A stretch of 64,000 bases of DNA. It comes from Nitrospinaceae bacterium. Its GTDB lineage: Bacteria; Nitrospinota; Nitrospinia; Nitrospinales; Nitrospinaceae. Location of the stretch: positions 2,016,001-2,080,000 of the forward strand of contig OZ250172.1 in the NCBI GenBank assembly GCA_965237905.1, given 5' to 3'. Below, one piece after another: positions 60,211 through 64,000 of the stretch. The notes below the pieces were generated by a model that saw only the letters and a program-made list of their open reading frames with translations, was not told the DNA's origin and ran no database searches. Each line of letters opens with the position of its first letter. Position 1 is the first letter of the stretch. The position numbers were made by a program, and so were the translations under genes.

Positions 60211-61997
60211 TATGAAATATGAATGAGTTCATCGCCGGTCTGGACGTTCGCGCCTTCTTGCACCAGGATGGAGTTGACGGTTCCGCTGTGAGGGGAGTTT
60301 ATCTCGGTCTCCATTTTCATGGATTCCAAAATCATTACTGTATCCCCTTCATTCACCTGATCGCCCACTTTGCATTTCAGCGCAAACACTGAGCCGGGCA
60401 GGGGGGAGGTGACGGCTTTGTTGGATCCGTTCGAAGAAGGAGCGGGAGCCGCCGCAGGTGACGGGGCGGCTACAGGAGCCGGTGCTCCTGCGCCAGTACC
60501 GACTTGCACCGAATATTGTTTCCCATTCACCGTTACCGAATAGACAGCCGAACCGCCCGCCGCTGGCGCGGGAGCCGCTGCGGATTGGGCCTGAGGAGCG
60601 GGAGCCGTTTGTTGAGCCACAGGTGCGGGAACCGGTTGCGCAGGTTCAGGCAACGGTTTGCCGCGGGTTTTGAAAAAGTTCAACGCCACCTTTGGAAACA
60701 TGGCATAGGTCAATCGGTCTTCATCGTTCTTGGCGTCATCCCCCGCTTCTTCGACAATGGTATCCCATTCCGGCACCAACAGGTCGGCGGGACGGCAGTC
60801 GATGACTTTCTGGTCCTTCGCCACTTTCTCCAACAACTCCGGGTCGATTTCCCCGGGCAGTTTTCCGTATTTTCCCAGCACGCATTCGCGTGTTTCTTTA
60901 GTGATGATTTTGTAGCGCTCGCCGGTCAGCACGTTCAATGTGGCCTGCGAGCCGACAATCTGGCTGGTGGGGGTGACCAGCGGCGGATAGCCCAGGTCTT
61001 TTCGCACGCGGGGCACTTCTTTGAGCACTTCATCCATTTTGTCGTGGGAGTTTTGCTCCTTCAGCTGGTTTTCCATATTGGAAATCATGCCACCGGGTAT
61101 TTGCGATTCGAGAATTTTGATATCCACTCCGACGAAGTTGCTTTCGAACCGGGCGTAATGTTTGCGCACTTCCTTGAAGTATTCGGCGATTTCCGCCAGC
61201 AGATGCATGTCCAGTCCGGTATCACGATCCGTCCCCTGCAGAGAGGCGACCACGCACTCGGTGGCATAGTGTGACGTTCCCATGGACAGGGTGGAGATGG
61301 CGGTATCAACCATGTCCAGACCTTCATCAATGGCGCACTGGATATTCATTCCCGCCAGTCCTGTAGTCGAGTGGGTGTGCAAATGAATCGGAATCTTGAT
61401 GGTTTTCTTGAGCTCACGGATCAGGGGAGTGGTCACCTGCGGGGTTAGCAGGCCCGCCATGTCCTTGATACACAGGATATCCGAGCCGACATTCACCAAA
61501 TCCTTGGCCATCTTGAGGTACAGCTCCATGTTGTGCATCGGGCTGACAGTGTAACTGATGCAGCCTTCCACGATGCCGCCGCATTTTTTGGCGGTTTTGA
61601 CCGCGACTTCGATATTCCGCAGGTCATTGAGCGCATCGAAAATCCGGAAGATATCGATTCCTACATCGGCGGATTGTTTGACAAACCGCTCGACGATATC
61701 GTCAGCGTAATGCCGATAGCCCACACAGTTCTGTCCACGTAGCAGCATCTGGAACGGGGTATTGGGCATTTTCTTTTTGAGTTGCCGGGAACGCTCCCAT
61801 GGATCTTCGTTCAAAAAACGGATACAAGTGTCGAAGGTGGCCCCGCCCCACATCTCCAGCGAAAAGAAGCCGACAGCATCCAGCTTTTCCGCAATTGGGA
61901 GCATGTCCTCCGTTTTCATGCGAGTGGCTAACAGCGACTGATGGGCGTCTCTTAAAACCACTTCCGTAATTTTAAGGGGATTTGATGCCGTGTCCAT
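60210..61997 (-). CDS. oadA: Oxaloacetate decarboxylase alpha / pyruvate carboxylase subunit B (carboxyltransferase + biotin carrier)
   Basis: [35 protein letters not shown], biotin motif ESMKME. Confidence 0.93.
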   Translation of the reverse strand: MDTASNPLKITEVVLRDAHQSLLATRMKTEDMLPIAEKLDAVGFFSLEMWGGATFDTCIRFLNEDPWERSRQLKKKMPNTPFQMLLRGQNCVGYRHYADDIVERFVKQSADVGIDIFRIFDALNDLRNIEVAVKTAKKCGGIVEGCISYTVSPMHNMELYLKMAKDLVNVGSDILCIKDMAGLLTPQVTTPLIRELKKTIKIPIHLHTHSTTGLAGMNIQCAIDEGLDMVDTAISTLSMGTSHYATECVVASLQGTDRDTGLDMHLLAEIAEYFKEVRKHYARFESNFVGVDIKILESQIPGGMISNMENQLKEQNSHDKMDEVLKEVPRVRKDLGYPPLVTPTSQIVGSQATLNVLTGERYKIITKETRECVLGKYGKLPGEIDPELLEKVAKDQKVIDCRPADLLVPEWDTIVEEAGDDAKNDEDRLTYAMFPKVALNFFKTRGKPLPEPAQPVPAPVAQQTAPAPQAQSAAAPAPAAGGSAVYSVTVNGKQYSVQVGTGAGAPAPVAAPSPAAAPAPSSNGSNKAVTSPLPGSVFALKCKVGDQVNEGDTVMILESMKMETEINSPHSGTVNSILVQEGANVQTGDELIHIS

Positions 61998-62215
61998 TCC
62001 GAGTCAATCCTTATGATAAAGGTTCCCCATCGTGGGGGAATCCTGATTGCTTAAAATACCGTTTTTGGCTCTAATTGAGGAATTGAAAAAATCAAACCAT
62101 GCATTGGGAAAATGAAAAATCGTATCGAGGTACGTCATTCTGCCCGAATTATTCTCCTGCAAGGAAACAGGAGAATACTAATCAATTGAAGGGTTAAAAT
62201 CAATGAAATAGTGGT

Positions 62216-63685
62216 CTATTTTCGCCAGGTCATGGGCAGAAACAGCAGGAGGATACCGAAAATTTCCAGGCGGCCCATTAACATCCATAGAATCATGATC
62301 CATTTGCCCCCTTCCGGCAGGCCCGCATAATTGGCGGCGGGTCCCACCTGTCCCATGCCGGGGCCAATATTAAACAGGCAGGCGATGGACGCGCTGAGGG
62401 CTGTGGTCAGATCCACTCCCATGAATGCCAACGCGATGAAACCCAACCCGGTCAAACCGAGAAACATTCCCGCCAACGCCACCACGTTCATCACGTAATC
62501 CGGCGGTAGGGGTTTTTGTCCTACTTTGATACGGACCACCGCGCGCGGATGAATTAATTTCTGGAGTTCGCGGAGGATGACTTTAAACAGGATGATGACG
62601 CGGATGATTTTAAACGATCCACTGGTGGAACCGGAACAGCCGCCCACCATCATGATGACCACCATCAGAATTCTCAGGTAATCGGGCCACAGGTTGAAGT
62701 CGTCGGTGGTGTAACCGGTGGTGCTATTGATGGACACGACATTAAACGCCGCCCGCCGGAAGGCATGCCCCAGACTGTCACCGTTGGCATAGGCCAAGCC
62801 CAAGGTGGTCACCGCCACTGCGATCACAATCATGGTTACGTAAAAGCGAAATTCCGGATTTTGAAAGACGATTTTTAAATTTCCCTGGATGAGATGGTAA
62901 TGAAGCGCGAAGTTCATCCCGCCCAGAAACATGAACAGCATGATGACGGTTTCAAAGTAGAGGTTGTTGAAGTGGCCGACACTGGCCTGGTGCGGGGAAA
63001 ACCCTCCTGTTGCCACTGTCGAGAAGGTATGACAGACCGCGTCGAACAGTCCCATCCCTCCCACCTTCAGCAGGGCGATTTCCACCAAGGTCAGCACCAG
63101 ATAAGTTTTCCACAAGACTTTCGCTGTTTCCGCGAGGCGCGGTTTCATGCGTTCCACCGTCGCGCCGCCCGGTATCTCTGCCTTGAATAACTGGAAACTG
63201 CCGATACCCAGTGCCGGAAAGATGGCTAACGATAGGATGATGATTCCCATGCCTCCCAACCATTGCATCAGGTTGCGCCAGAACAGAATGCCGTGGGGCA
63301 GTGCGTCGATGTCGGTGAGAATCGAGGCGCCGGTGGTGGTGAAGCCGCTCATGCTTTCGAAATAGGCATCGACGAATTCGGGACAGACGCCTGTCAGGTA
63401 AAACGGCAGGGCGCCGAAAAAGGTGATGATGATCCAGGCCACGCCGACGATGACGAATCCTTCGCGTTCCCGCAATTTCTCGATGCCAGACGGCAGGAAT
63501 TTCCAGAGAAAGAAACCGGTAACACCGGAGGCAATACAGGAACCGAGAAAGGCGGTCAGTGGCGTTCGGTGACCGGGCAGGGCAGGGTCGGCATAGAACA
63601 GGGAAACAGCTAACGGAACCAGCAGGATGCCGGAAAGCAGAATCAGCAGAATGCCGACGACATTGAAAATCGCTTTAAGGTTCAT
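62216..63685 (-). CDS. trkH: Trk potassium uptake membrane protein
   Basis: FESMSGFTTTGAS, QWLGGMG, TVATGGFS, NIGPG, LMGRLE. Confidence 0.95.
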   Translation of the reverse strand: MNLKAIFNVVGILLILLSGILLVPLAVSLFYADPALPGHRTPLTAFLGSCIASGVTGFFLWKFLPSGIEKLREREGFVIVGVAWIIITFFGALPFYLTGVCPEFVDAYFESMSGFTTTGASILTDIDALPHGILFWRNLMQWLGGMGIIILSLAIFPALGIGSFQLFKAEIPGGATVERMKPRLAETAKVLWKTYLVLTLVEIALLKVGGMGLFDAVCHTFSTVATGGFSPHQASVGHFNNLYFETVIMLFMFLGGMNFALHYHLIQGNLKIVFQNPEFRFYVTMIVIAVAVTTLGLAYANGDSLGHAFRRAAFNVVSINSTTGYTTDDFNLWPDYLRILMVVIMMVGGCSGSTSGSFKIIRVIILFKVILRELQKLIHPRAVVRIKVGQKPLPPDYVMNVVALAGMFLGLTGLGFIALAFMGVDLTTALSASIACLFNIGPGMGQVGPAANYAGLPEGGKWIMILWMLMGRLEIFGILLLFLPMTWRK

Positions 63686-64000
63686 CAGGAGAGGAACGAG
63701 GATTTTTTGCCGAATATTTTTTCGATTTTACCGATGCAGTCTGGCAGGGTCACGACAATCACCGTGTCTCCTTCGAGGATTTCGGTGGACCCGCCCGGCA
63801 CCACCATTTCGCCATCCTTTCTCAAGACGGCGCCGATGATGGATTGCTCCGGCATATTCAGTTGATTGATGCGCTTGCCGACTGCCGCACTTTCCGCAGT
63901 GGGAGCGATTTCCAGCACCTCGGCCTCGCCTTCGATCAGTTTGTACAGGTTGACGACCTGCCCTTTGCGCAGATGTTTCAGGATTTCCGAAACGGTGATC
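63685..64000 (-). CDS. trkA: Trk potassium uptake regulatory subunit, 3' part (RCK-C domain)
   Basis: EAEVLEI...VGKRINQLNMP..SIIGAVLR...PGGSTEILEGD; abuts trkH and runs off the window edge. Confidence 0.88.
   Translation of the reverse strand, partial: ITVSEILKHLRKGQVVNLYKLIEGEAEVLEIAPTAESAAVGKRINQLNMPEQSIIGAVLRKDGEMVVPGGSTEILEGDTVIVVTLPDCIGKIEKIFGKKSSFLS

Overview
Bacterial chromosomal window made up mostly of housekeeping and envelope genes: GT9/GT2 glycosyltransferases, an OppA-like binding protein, a stand-alone NuoF/HydB-like flavoprotein, pepA, purD, MlaC, a Nfu-type Fe-S protein, a cold-shock protein, modABC, acyP, rpsU, rlmB, an AsmA-like protein, Na+-pumping oadA-oadB-oadG and trkAH, plus many TPR and LRR proteins. 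The gene complement suggests a marine Nitrospina-like chemolithoautotroph, which is an inference only. The central accessory zone lies at a tRNA-Leu(TAA) at 26061-26147, whose 3' 43 nt recur at 35783-35825. This repeat bounds a ~9.7 kb island that holds an AT-rich membrane gene, a decayed tyrosine integrase and an alpha-2-macroglobulin/pbpC pair. Just beyond the repeat is the best candidate for a new system: an AT-rich three-gene operon encoding an MqsR-like toxin, an MqsA-like Zn-ribbon/HTH antitoxin with a long extra C-terminal tail, and a translationally coupled DUF6941-like protein. This layout resembles toxin-antitoxin-chaperone (TAC) anti-phage modules, but the third gene is not evidently SecB. 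Other notable items are a frameshifted secreted PHM/DBH-like copper monooxygenase homologue, a sigma-54 promoter with a long C-rich-loop leader hairpin, and a NuoF/HydB subunit with altered nucleotide-binding motifs. All assignments come from motif recognition by eye; no database searches were run.
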